Source: an uncultured Bifidobacteriaceae bacterium
GTDB taxonomy: Bacteria > Bacteroidota > Bacteroidia > Cytophagales > UBA9547
Reading direction: 5' to 3'
Length of the DNA: 64,000 nt
Assembly (NCBI GenBank): GCA_964572965.1
Contig: CAZNHL010000007.1
Location: 21,620 to 85,619 of the forward strand
Numbering within the stretch: the stretch's first letter is position 1; every line of letters begins with the position of its first letter. The position numbers and the translations under genes were made by a program. Shown here one piece after another: positions 20,776-29,900 of the stretch. The notes under the pieces were generated by a model. That model saw nothing but the letters and a program-made list of their open reading frames with translations, had not been told where the DNA came from and made no database searches.

Positions 20776-21186
20776 ATGAAAGATTTTAAAAAGTATTTCC
20801 AGATTAATGCAACACCCGAAGAGGTGTATCAGGCCTTGACAGATCCGAGAGTTATTGTACTTTGGACAGGAGATGAAGTGTTGATGTCAGAAGAAGTAGG
20901 CTCTGAGTTTTCACTTTATGATGGTGATCTGACAGGAAAAAACCTTGAATTTGTTAAGAATAAGAAAATTGTTCAGCAATGGTATTTTGGCGAAGATGGG
21001 CCGGAGTCTATTGTAACGATCAAATTGCACGAAGATAAATACGGAACATCTGTAGAAGTTCGTCAGACTAATATTCCAGACGAAGCTTTCGAAAATATAA
21101 GCGAAGGGTGGGATTTCGGTTATTTCGGCCCTTTACTTGATTTCTTTGAAGAAGATGGTTCTGCACCGGATCATTCTGAAGAATAA
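20776..21186 (+). CDS. SRPBCC / Aha1-domain protein
   Basis: 136 aa with PEEVYQALTDP...W and an EGW..GYFGPL pattern. Confidence 0.75.
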   Translation: MKDFKKYFQINATPEEVYQALTDPRVIVLWTGDEVLMSEEVGSEFSLYDGDLTGKNLEFVKNKKIVQQWYFGEDGPESIVTIKLHEDKYGTSVEVRQTNIPDEAFENISEGWDFGYFGPLLDFFEEDGSAPDHSEE

Positions 21187-21192
21187 ATTCAA

Positions 21193-21219
21193 AGAGGCTA
21201 TAAAATAGCCTCTTTTTTT
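21193..21219 (+). terminator. Intrinsic terminator after the SRPBCC gene
   Basis: AGAGGCTAT-aaa-ATAGCCTCT followed by TTTTTT. Confidence 0.85.
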
Positions 21220-21277
21220 GTCCTCATTTTTGTAAGAAACGTTATAGTAGTATTGTTTCTGATTTATTTCAGTATTT

Positions 21278-21904
21278 ATGGCTTTAGACTTAATACTTTT
21301 CACACCACCACAGACTCAGCCGGATGAGGTTACTACTATTTTAAGTTTACTGGATGCTGGTGTTGACAGGCTGCATGTACGTAAGCCTGAGATGGGCAAA
21401 CAGGAGTTTTTAGATTACCTGAAACAAATTCCGGCGCGTTATTACCGGAAGGTAGTTATTCATTCTCATTATGATTTGATCGCCCAATATAACTTCGGAG
21501 GAATTCATTTAACAGGTACTTTTTTGAAGCAGGTTGAGGCAACTCTACTTAAAGAGCTTATTGCAAAAGCTAAAATGAGGAGGATTGATATAAGTACTTC
21601 CGTTCATTCTGTAGAAGAGTTGAGCACATTGCCCAATTATTATAAATACACATTTTTAAGTCCTGTATTTGATAGCATTTCCAAAAAAGATTACCCTCAG
21701 GGAATTGACCATGCTGCTGCAAAAGCATATTTAGGTGCACAGCCTGTGAGGAAAATCAAGGTTTACGCTTTAGGAGGAATTAATTCAGGAAACCTGTCAT
21801 TAGTAAAAAGTACTGGATTTGACGGTGCCGCAATCTTAGGTGCCCTGTGGAATGCTGACGGAGATAAAAAAGCACTTTGGGAAGAAATAGTACAGCTTTC
21901 GTAA
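21278..21904 (+). CDS. ThiE/TenI-superfamily protein (divergent thiamine-phosphate synthase-like, possible thiazole tautomerase)
   Basis: 208 aa TIM-barrel-like pattern (HVRKP..., YALGGI, GAAILGALW) but weakly similar to the canonical ThiE at 22721. Confidence 0.6.
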   Translation: MALDLILFTPPQTQPDEVTTILSLLDAGVDRLHVRKPEMGKQEFLDYLKQIPARYYRKVVIHSHYDLIAQYNFGGIHLTGTFLKQVEATLLKELIAKAKMRRIDISTSVHSVEELSTLPNYYKYTFLSPVFDSISKKDYPQGIDHAAAKAYLGAQPVRKIKVYALGGINSGNLSLVKSTGFDGAAILGALWNADGDKKALWEEIVQLS

Positions 21905-21949
21905 TCGTTTTCCTGTTTCTGTCTCACATTCATTATCTTTGCCATTGAT

Positions 21950-22717
21950 ATGGCGCAAATAAGACCTTATGTAATGACTATTGCCGGTTTCGATCCTTCA
22001 GGAGGGGCTGGTGTTTTGGCTGATTGTAAAACTTTTGAACTGAATAAGGTTCACGGTTTAGGTGTCACTACAAGCATTACCTATCAGAATGAAGATACTT
22101 TTACCGGAGTAGATTGGTTAACACCGGAGCAGATTATTCGTCAGGCTGAATTACAGCTGGAAAAATACCGTATTGATTTTGTTAAAATCGGTTTGGTTCA
22201 AAACCTGGAAGTACTTGATGTACTTCTCTCATTTTTACTACAGGCCAATCCCAAAATGAAGATTGTCTGGGATCCGATTTTAAAGGCCAGTGCAGGGTTC
22301 GATTTTCATACAAACCTCAATCATGATTTGCTGCAATCCATTTACGAAAGGCTCTTTTTGATTACGCCTAATTGGAAAGAAATACAACTATTGTTTCCGG
22401 AAACCGATCCTGTTGAAGCTGCACAAAACTTAGCGCAATATTGTATGGTTTATCTGAAAGGCGGGCATAATGAACAGGATTTGGGGCGAGATTACCTTTT
22501 TAAGCTTGAAAAGGACGGACAGGTAACTCAGCAGCCATTCAAAGCAAAGAGACTGGCAGAGTTTGCCAAGCATGGTTCCGGCTGTATACTTTCGTCTGCA
22601 TTGACAGCAAATATTGCAAAAGGCTATCCATTAACAAAAGCTTGTCTGAAAGCAAAGGATTATACTTTACGTGTTATAGAAAGTAACAAAACGCTTTTGG
22701 GCTTTCATTTTAATTAA
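21950..22717 (+). CDS. thiD: Hydroxymethylpyrimidine/phosphomethylpyrimidine kinase
   Basis: MTIAGFDPSGGAGVLADCKTF and HGSGC motifs. Confidence 0.9.
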   Translation: MAQIRPYVMTIAGFDPSGGAGVLADCKTFELNKVHGLGVTTSITYQNEDTFTGVDWLTPEQIIRQAELQLEKYRIDFVKIGLVQNLEVLDVLLSFLLQANPKMKIVWDPILKASAGFDFHTNLNHDLLQSIYERLFLITPNWKEIQLLFPETDPVEAAQNLAQYCMVYLKGGHNEQDLGRDYLFKLEKDGQVTQQPFKAKRLAEFAKHGSGCILSSALTANIAKGYPLTKACLKAKDYTLRVIESNKTLLGFHFN

Positions 22718-22720
22718 GTC

Positions 22721-23347
22721 ATGTTTATATCCAGATTACATTATATAACCCAGGATTTGGCTGCTAAGACGCATTGGGAGCAGGCTGCTATTGCCTGTGC
22801 CGGTGGAGCTGACTGGGTACAACTGCGTGTTAAGAATGCTTCAGAAGAGCAATGGAAAACAATAGCTCTTAAAACACAGGAGGTTTGTGTGAAGCATGGT
22901 GCAAAGTTGATTATTAATGATAATGCTGCTTTAGCACTGGAAATACTGGCAGATGGTGTGCACTTAGGGAAAACTGATATGTCTCCAAGAGATGCCCGGA
23001 ACCTGTTGGGGGAGAACTTCATTATAGGAGGTACAGCCAATACATTTGAAGATGTACAGGCGTTGGCAGGCGCAAAGGTCGATTATATTGGTTATGGACC
23101 TTATCGGTTTACCAGTACTAAAGAAAATTTAAGCCCTATTGTCGGATTAGAAGGGTATAAGAAACTAGTTCAGAGAATGAAATCGGAAGGAATTGATATT
23201 CCTGTAATTGGTATAGGGGGAGTTAAAGAAATTGATGTGAAATTACTTCTTCAGGCAGGTTTATATGGTGTAGCGGTTTCTTCTGAGATTAACCTTGCTG
23301 AAGATGGGGCACAGGTAACTGCAAATTTTACAGCTTTACTTAAATAG
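22721..23347 (+). CDS. thiE: Thiamine-phosphate synthase
   Basis: 208 aa with LHYITQD, QLRVKN, GVHLG and GIGGV motifs. Confidence 0.9.
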   Translation: MFISRLHYITQDLAAKTHWEQAAIACAGGADWVQLRVKNASEEQWKTIALKTQEVCVKHGAKLIINDNAALALEILADGVHLGKTDMSPRDARNLLGENFIIGGTANTFEDVQALAGAKVDYIGYGPYRFTSTKENLSPIVGLEGYKKLVQRMKSEGIDIPVIGIGGVKEIDVKLLLQAGLYGVAVSSEINLAEDGAQVTANFTALLK

Positions 23348-23364
23348 ATTAAAGTATATAAAAA

Positions 23365-23397
23365 AGGCTTGATGATTAATTTCATCAAGCCTTTTTC
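23365..23397. terminator. Bidirectional terminator hairpin
   Basis: AGGCTTGATGA-ttaatt-TCATCAAGCCT flanked by an A-run and a T-run, between convergent genes. Confidence 0.85.
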
Positions 23398-23400
23398 TTT

Positions 23401-24351
23401 TTAGAAGCTTGCCGATAAGCCAACTCCCAATACCGCTTTTTCCTGAATCCTAGGACCAATTACAGTACCATCAGATTGTGGAATGCTGATGTCATCGTCG
23501 TAGATGATAGTGTAGTTAAAGGTAGCGTTGATATATTTGTTGACTTTGAATACGAGTATGTTATCCCAGAAAATATCAATTTTATCAACAGTTTTATAAT
23601 TCATGAAAAAATTGGCTTTACTGATGAAGTCAATATTCTGCATTACTTTAATATGCAAGCCTGTGTTCAGGTAGGCACCAATCTCTGTTCTTATATTAGA
23701 GCCTTTGTCAACTCCGAATGCTCCTACGTTAGCCAATGCCTGGTCTAGTACATAGGTGTTTTTTATAGTGGCAGGTGATAAAACCGCAAAAAAAACTTCG
23801 CCAGGACGATATTCTAAACCGACAGATGCAACCCCATATGCAGGAGCCATGAAACGGGAGATCAGCGTTTTGTCTTCACGCTTGGTAGAATCGTTAATGC
23901 TATATTTATAACCGTCCGCAAATTGTGTCCTGAAATCAGCAAGGGCAGTGATATACCATGGTTTTTTGATTTCAAAACTATAACGTGTTGTCAGGATAAT
24001 ACGGTCATCAGCTTTTTTTGTACTTCCGTTTATTTTAGAGATACCATAACCAAGTTCCAGGTAATTTCTCCATGAGTGCCTGTTTTTGGTATAGTTGGCA
24101 TAAGTTACAAACTGAGTAAGAAGCGTTGTCGCATTTTGCCCCCCTGAAGCCCAGTTGGTAAAACTGGAGGTAGTATAGTTGGCGGTGATAGTCGTTCCTC
24201 TTTTCCAGGCTTTGGTTGAGTCAATTTCCTTAATAACCTTTGCGTCTAAAGCTGATTGTACATCTGCGTTATTGAACTGACCGCTTTGCGCAAATGCGGA
24301 ACTTGAAAGGAGTAGTAGCAGCATTGTCGCAATACTGTAAATCTTTTTCAT
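23401..24351 (-). CDS. Outer-membrane beta-barrel protein (DUF3078-like)
   Basis: 316 aa with a signal peptide ending AFAQ, a beta-strand-rich body and a C-terminal aromatic residue (F). Confidence 0.55.
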   Translation of the reverse strand: MKKIYSIATMLLLLLSSSAFAQSGQFNNADVQSALDAKVIKEIDSTKAWKRGTTITANYTTSSFTNWASGGQNATTLLTQFVTYANYTKNRHSWRNYLELGYGISKINGSTKKADDRIILTTRYSFEIKKPWYITALADFRTQFADGYKYSINDSTKREDKTLISRFMAPAYGVASVGLEYRPGEVFFAVLSPATIKNTYVLDQALANVGAFGVDKGSNIRTEIGAYLNTGLHIKVMQNIDFISKANFFMNYKTVDKIDIFWDNILVFKVNKYINATFNYTIIYDDDISIPQSDGTVIGPRIQEKAVLGVGLSASF

Positions 24352-24436
24352 TGGTATTGATTTTTTTTAATAATAAGGACAAACTAATAGCTTGTAAGAA
24401 GTGCAGTCCTTAAAAATGAAGATTAATAATAAATTT

Positions 24437-24478
24437 AAATTGCGTAAAGCTTATAAACCCTAAAGCTTTACGCAATTT
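24437..24478 (-). terminator. Terminator hairpin downstream of mscL
   Basis: 16-bp arms AAATTGCGTAAAGCTT / AAGCTTTACGCAATTT. Confidence 0.7.
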
Positions 24479-24484
24479 AATAGT

Positions 24485-24874
24485 TTATTTTTTCAGAGAA
24501 TCACGAATTTCTCTTAAAAGTAAAATTTCTTCAGATGGAGATGCTGGGGCAGGAGCCGGTGCCACCTCTTCTTTTCTCTTTTTGGCACTGTTAATTCCTT
24601 TAATAATAAGGAACAAAGCAAAAGCAACGATGATGAAAGATATAACCGTTGATACAAAGTTTCCATATTTTATGGCAGTTCCCGGGATTACCAGATCACT
24701 TAAATTAGCAAGATGTGCAGCTTTAAGTGCCGGAGTAAGTATTGTAGGAGTAATAATGTCATCTACAAGTGATGAAACAATTTTGTTAAAAGCTCCTCCA
24801 ATGACAACCCCGATAGCTAAATCTAGCACGCTGCCTTTCATGGCAAACTCTTTAAATTCAGAAATAAAAGACAT
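24485..24874 (-). CDS. mscL: Large-conductance mechanosensitive channel
   Basis: EFKEFAMKGSVLDLAIGVVIGGAFNKIV is the canonical MscL N-terminus. Confidence 0.95.
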   Translation of the reverse strand: MSFISEFKEFAMKGSVLDLAIGVVIGGAFNKIVSSLVDDIITPTILTPALKAAHLANLSDLVIPGTAIKYGNFVSTVISFIIVAFALFLIIKGINSAKKRKEEVAPAPAPASPSEEILLLREIRDSLKK

Positions 24875-24910
24875 ATTGTTAAAAATTTATTGTTTGATAA
24901 AAGTATATAA

Positions 24911-25363
24911 TTACTTGATAAATTCCCAGTTTGAAAAAGTTGCAGCCTGTCCTTTATAAATACCTTGATCGTTAATCAAGTTCCATACAGTTGTATTCAG
25001 GATATAAAAACGCTTGCCGGATTTTGAAACCCTGATCCCTTTGTAGTCATCTACAAACCCTGATTGGGTTACTTTACTCATAAAAATATCTCTTTCTGAT
25101 TGCAGTATCGGTTCTGCTGACAATCGGGAAGGAAGTTTGGTAAAGCTTTCAAAATCCAGCTCCCAAAGCTGTTGCGCTGTCTTGTTGGCATAATTAAATA
25201 TCGGGTCGGTTTCTGTCCCGTGTGAAACAAGTGCGAAAGGGGCTTCATAGAGCAGGTTTGCTGCTTCCTCTATGCTGTTGTATTCAAGAAGTTTTTTGTT
25301 AGTCCAATACTGAAATGAATTCAATAATAATTGGGTATGCTCAATTGTTAAATGCGTGTTCAT
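24911..25363 (-). CDS. MEKHLA domain protein
   Basis: 150 aa with PFALVSHGTETDPIFNYANKTAQQLWE...LPSRLSAEP...GIRVSKSGKRF...VWNL. Confidence 0.75.
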   Translation of the reverse strand: MNTHLTIEHTQLLLNSFQYWTNKKLLEYNSIEEAANLLYEAPFALVSHGTETDPIFNYANKTAQQLWELDFESFTKLPSRLSAEPILQSERDIFMSKVTQSGFVDDYKGIRVSKSGKRFYILNTTVWNLINDQGIYKGQAATFSNWEFIK

Positions 25364-25377
25364 TGTATAAAAAGTAA

Positions 25378-25404
25378 GAGGTCTCTTTGATATGGTGAGA
25401 CCTC
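25378..25404 (-). terminator. Terminator hairpin downstream of the DUF4332 gene
   Basis: GAGGTCTC...GAGACCTC arms with T-rich flanks. Confidence 0.6.
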
Positions 25405-25413
25405 CTTTTTTGT

Positions 25414-25821
25414 TTAGTAAGTGACTACAGCAGGAAGTTCTTTTGCCTGTCTGATATATTCGGTGACCTGGCCAAGTGAAGGTAAGCCGTTTGACAGGTT
25501 TTTAGTCTGATTTACTTCAATCAGCTTGTGATGTAAATTGTCAGCGTTGCGGTTTGCCAGTTCCTTTACAGTATCAACGCCTGCTGCTTTAAGGACTTCG
25601 GCAAATTGGCCTGCTACACCTTTAATGCGGAAAAGGTCAGCCATATTCACAAAATCAAGAATTGTACTTTCGTTTATACCGGTTTTTTCTGCTAGTTTTT
25701 TTCTTCCTGTTCGTGTGGCACCTTTTTCAAGAAGGTTTTCTACCGTTTTGATGTCGGCTTTGCCTAATTTTTCTAAATAAGAAGGGCCTATGCCTTCGAT
25801 GTCTATAATACTGGTTGACAT
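25414..25821 (-). CDS. DUF4332 domain protein
   Basis: 135 aa with IEGIGPSYLEKL...IKGVAGQFAEVL helix-hairpin-helix-like repeats. Confidence 0.7.
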   Translation of the reverse strand: MSTSIIDIEGIGPSYLEKLGKADIKTVENLLEKGATRTGRKKLAEKTGINESTILDFVNMADLFRIKGVAGQFAEVLKAAGVDTVKELANRNADNLHHKLIEVNQTKNLSNGLPSLGQVTEYIRQAKELPAVVTY

Positions 25822-25903
25822 AAAAATAAAGCGTTTAAGTTAAACAAACTTTGAGTCAAATATTTGAAGTTATATTTCAAAACGGAATAGTACTATAAAA
25901 GTT

Positions 25904-26920
25904 CTAAAGTTCTTTTATTTCCCATCTTGGCAGCGGCCCGGAGAGTTGACTCCCAAGCAGGCCGGCTTTAAATTTGAAGTGGGCAGTCATGGCAATCATG
26001 GCAGCATTGTCAGTACAATATTCAAACTGGGGTATATAAACATTCCAGCGGTATTTAACAGCCTCTTCTGCAAGCTGTTTCCTGAGCCATGAATTTGCCG
26101 AAACTCCGCCTGCAATAGCTATTTCCTTAATGTTTAATTCACGGGAAGCTTTTCTTAGCTTCTTTAATAGTATTTCAATCAGCGACGCCTGGATACTTGC
26201 ACAAATATCGTCCAGGTTTTCCTGTACGAAATCGGGGTTGATTTTCGTTTGATCCTTCAGGAAATAAAGGAAAGCAGTTTTGATACCGCTGAAAGAGTAG
26301 GTAAGCCCCGGCATATCCACGTCCGGAAATTTAAAACGTTTGGGATCCCCTGTTTGGGCAGTTTTATCAAGCAGGGGGCCTCCTGGATATGGAAGGCCTA
26401 ATAATTTGGCAGTTTTATCAAAAGCTTCTCCTACGGCATCATCCTGAGTTTCGCCGATTACCTCCATTGTAAGCGCGTCTTTTACAACAACAATCTGGGT
26501 ATGTCCCCCGCTTACAGTAAGGCATAGAAATGGAAATTCAGGTTTTGGTTCATCAATAAAATGAGCCAAAATATGAGCTTGCATGTGATTTACCTCAATT
26601 AACGGTATATTTAATGCATAAGCGAAAGATTTGGCAAAAGAGCTTCCGACAAGCAGAGAACCTAAAAGTCCCGGACCGCGCGTATAAGCTACGGCAGAAA
26701 GTTGATTTTTGTTTATATTTGCTTTAGAAAGCGCTTCTGCTACTACAGGAATGATGTTTTGCTGATGAGCACGGGACGCTAATTCGGGAACAACACCACC
26801 ATATTTTTCGTGAACTGCCTGTGTGGCAACGACGTTAGATAAAATATGGCCATCAGATATTACTGACGCTGAGGTGTCGTCACAGGAGGATTCTATGGCC
26901 AGGATTATAATTGAACTCAT
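25904..26920 (-). CDS. tsaD: tRNA N6-adenosine threonylcarbamoyltransferase
   Basis: MSSIIILAIESSCDDTSASV start at 26920. The track's 45-aa extension to 27055 overlaps the divergent gene and has no family counterpart. GGVSAN motif present. Confidence 0.93.
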   Translation of the reverse strand: MSSIIILAIESSCDDTSASVISDGHILSNVVATQAVHEKYGGVVPELASRAHQQNIIPVVAEALSKANINKNQLSAVAYTRGPGLLGSLLVGSSFAKSFAYALNIPLIEVNHMQAHILAHFIDEPKPEFPFLCLTVSGGHTQIVVVKDALTMEVIGETQDDAVGEAFDKTAKLLGLPYPGGPLLDKTAQTGDPKRFKFPDVDMPGLTYSFSGIKTAFLYFLKDQTKINPDFVQENLDDICASIQASLIEILLKKLRKASRELNIKEIAIAGGVSANSWLRKQLAEEAVKYRWNVYIPQFEYCTDNAAMIAMTAHFKFKAGLLGSQLSGPLPRWEIKEL

Positions 26921-26926
26921 CAGAAA

Positions 26927-29900
26927 TTGACCGATTTTATAAAATATCTGCAAGTTATCAAAAAAGCGACTGTCAGGACACTTTTGATCCTGATATTCAC
27001 TGTTTTTGTATTGCTGATGGTACTGGTGGGTGCTATGAGGTTGCCGGTTGTACAAACTGCTTTAGTACGATATGCTACTGAAGAGCTTTCTCAAATGATT
27101 AATCAGCCAATCGAAATAAAGGCTGTTGATATCAGTTGGTTCGATAAGTTAGTATTAGAAGGAGTATCTATCAAAGATTCCAGAAAAACTGATGTTATAG
27201 CTGTAAAACAACTGATTGCCGACTTTAAACTATCTTCTTTTATTGGGCCGGGTAAGATTGTTATTGAAGAAGTAGCACTAGACGGAGCTGCCGTACGTTT
27301 GCAGACTGTTAATAAAGAAGGATTATTAAATATCAATGAATTTATAGATAATATTCTGGTCTTGTTGGGGCCTGGTGAACCAAGAGATAAGAATTTAAAA
27401 CCATCTCAGTTTATTGTAAATGAAGTTTCATTGAAAAATAGCTTCTTTTCAATGGATATGGACACAGAGCCGCACCAGCCGGAATTGGGCTTTGATCATT
27501 ATCATTTCGGATTTAAAGATGTTAGTGCACATGTTTCCCGTTTAAGAATTGCTGCAGATACCTTCGAAATAGATGTTAAGGGACTGAAATGTACTGGTTT
27601 GTATAATGATTTTCCTGTCCACAAGGTTAATACTTTTATGAGGCTTACGGGGCAGAGTATGCAGTTCCATAAGTTGCATGCAGAATTGGGGAAGAGCTTT
27701 GTGAGGGATTCACTAGTGTTTAACTATGAAGATTTTGACAGTTTCCTCGATTTTAACAAGAAAGTAGAAATTGTGGCCAGACTGGATAGCTCCCATGTGT
27801 ATAGTCAGGATCTTGCCATGTTTGCGCCATACCTGAAACGGTATGAAGATTACTGGGGAATTACCGGCTATGCAAGAGGAACAGTAGAAAATTTTTCCGT
27901 AAAAAAAATGCAGCTTAGTTTTGGTAAGCATACCTCCATGAACGGTTATGTGAGCTTTGACGGCTTACCTGATTTTTTCTCTTCATATATTCAGCTAAAA
28001 CTCAAAAAAGCGAATATCTATGCAGAAGACCTTAAGCAATATTTCCCGGGACAGGATTCATACCATTATGCACAGTTATTCGGCAGGGCAAATGGTTCAG
28101 TCAATTTTATCGGTTTCCCTAAAGATTTTGTTGCGCGCTGGGAAGTAGAGACTAATCTTGGAGCAGTAAAAACTGATATTAACTTAAAAATAAAAGATAG
28201 CTCAGACCAGTCGACTTATTCAGGAAGGCTGATTACAAAATCATTTGAGCTAGGGAAACTCGTAGGAAAAGAGTCGTGGCTGCATCAGATTGATATGGAT
28301 GGTGCAATTAAAGGGAGTGGGTTTAGTGCAAATGATGTTGATTTAGAAATTGATACCAAAATAAGAAGGATTGGTATAGAAAAATATGATTACAAGAATA
28401 TTATAGTTCAGGGTAGAATCAGAAAGCAAAAGTATTATGGCCTGTTGAATATTCAGGATCCTAACCTGACCCTGACCGCAGAGGGAGATCTTGATTTAAG
28501 CCGATATGACTGGCGGGTAAATATGAAAATGGATTTGACAGGAGCACAGTTGGATAAGCTGGGCTTTAGCGATGTGCCATTTTTTATAAGTAGTAATTCG
28601 TATCTCGATTTACAAAGAGATAAAGGGGCTTTTCTGATAGGAAATGCTGAGCTGTATTCAACACAGCTTGTTTATAACAATAAGTATTTACTGGTAGATA
28701 CGATCATGCTTGATTCACACCTGCACGGCGATTCGAGCAGACATGATTTTACATTGAGGTCAGACTTGCTTGATTTTGATGCCGAAGGTAATTATCAGTT
28801 TCAGCAGCTAGCGGTTGATTTGCCCGTTTTATGGAAGGAGTTGAAATTATCTCTTTCTAATAATCAGAATAAAATTGAGGAGTATTATGCTACTAAAAAA
28901 GCTCCTGCAAACAAGTACTTTATTAATTACTATGCGAATTTAAAGGATATGAACCCTTTACTGGATATTTTTATCCCCGAAGTATATGTTTCTCCCAAAA
29001 CGCAAATAAAAGGCAATTACGCATATACGGATACTGCGAGCTTTGAATTAAAGACAGATATTGATGAATTTCGCTATGAGAAGTATGGATTTAGCGGAGT
29101 AAACCTGTATTTCGATGCGTTTAAACCGGTAAAGCAGCATAATACTTATGCTCAGTTGAACCTGAATGTTGATAAACAGACGATATCCAATGAAGGAGTG
29201 ACAAAGGATATTGATGTGAATGCCAGCTGGAAAGATTTTCATATTGATCTTGATGCAAAATTAAATCAGATAAAGTATGACAATTCTGCCAAGCTGCTTT
29301 CTACGATCGACTTTAGGGATGATGGAACAACCGACATTTATTTTAAGGAGCTTGAATTGAAAATTGACAGTGCTGTCTGGGCAATGCCGGAAGACAACCT
29401 GTTGTCAATCAAAGGAAAGGAAATGAATTTTAGTAACCTGATCTTAGAGTCAGGAGAGCACCAGATAGGGGCAAGAGGATATATTTCAGAAGATCCGGAT
29501 AAGCTGTTATTGTTGTTTGCAAAGAATTTTGATTTGTCCACTCTTAACTTCATGACACAAATGAAGTTGTCCGGGAAATTGAATGCAGACGCAAGGGTGC
29601 ACGATGCTTACAATAGTTTGCTTACAGAGGCATTAATTGATATTGATAGTCTCGCTGTTGACGGGGGGCTTGTCGGAGATGTTAATGGCTTTATGGATTG
29701 GGATAATGAAAAACAAGTTTCCAATATTAATGGGTTTTTGATTCGCGACGGCCAAAAAGTGTTGAATCTGAAAGGATTTGTGTCACAGAAAGATCCTGAA
29801 GAGCAGTTGCACCTGAAAGCTGTTTTTAATGGTACCAATGTTTCGTTACTGGAACCGTTTTTATCAGGAATGGTAAGCGGGGTAGAGGGAACAGCGAGTG

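Noticed and set aside
26921-27055. 45-aa N-terminal extension of tsaD in the ORF track (MYNRQPHSTHQYHQQYK...).
   Set aside because: TsaD family proteins begin near the MSSIIILAIESSCDDTS motif. The extension overlaps the divergent TamB-like gene and is Q/H/Y-rich junk.
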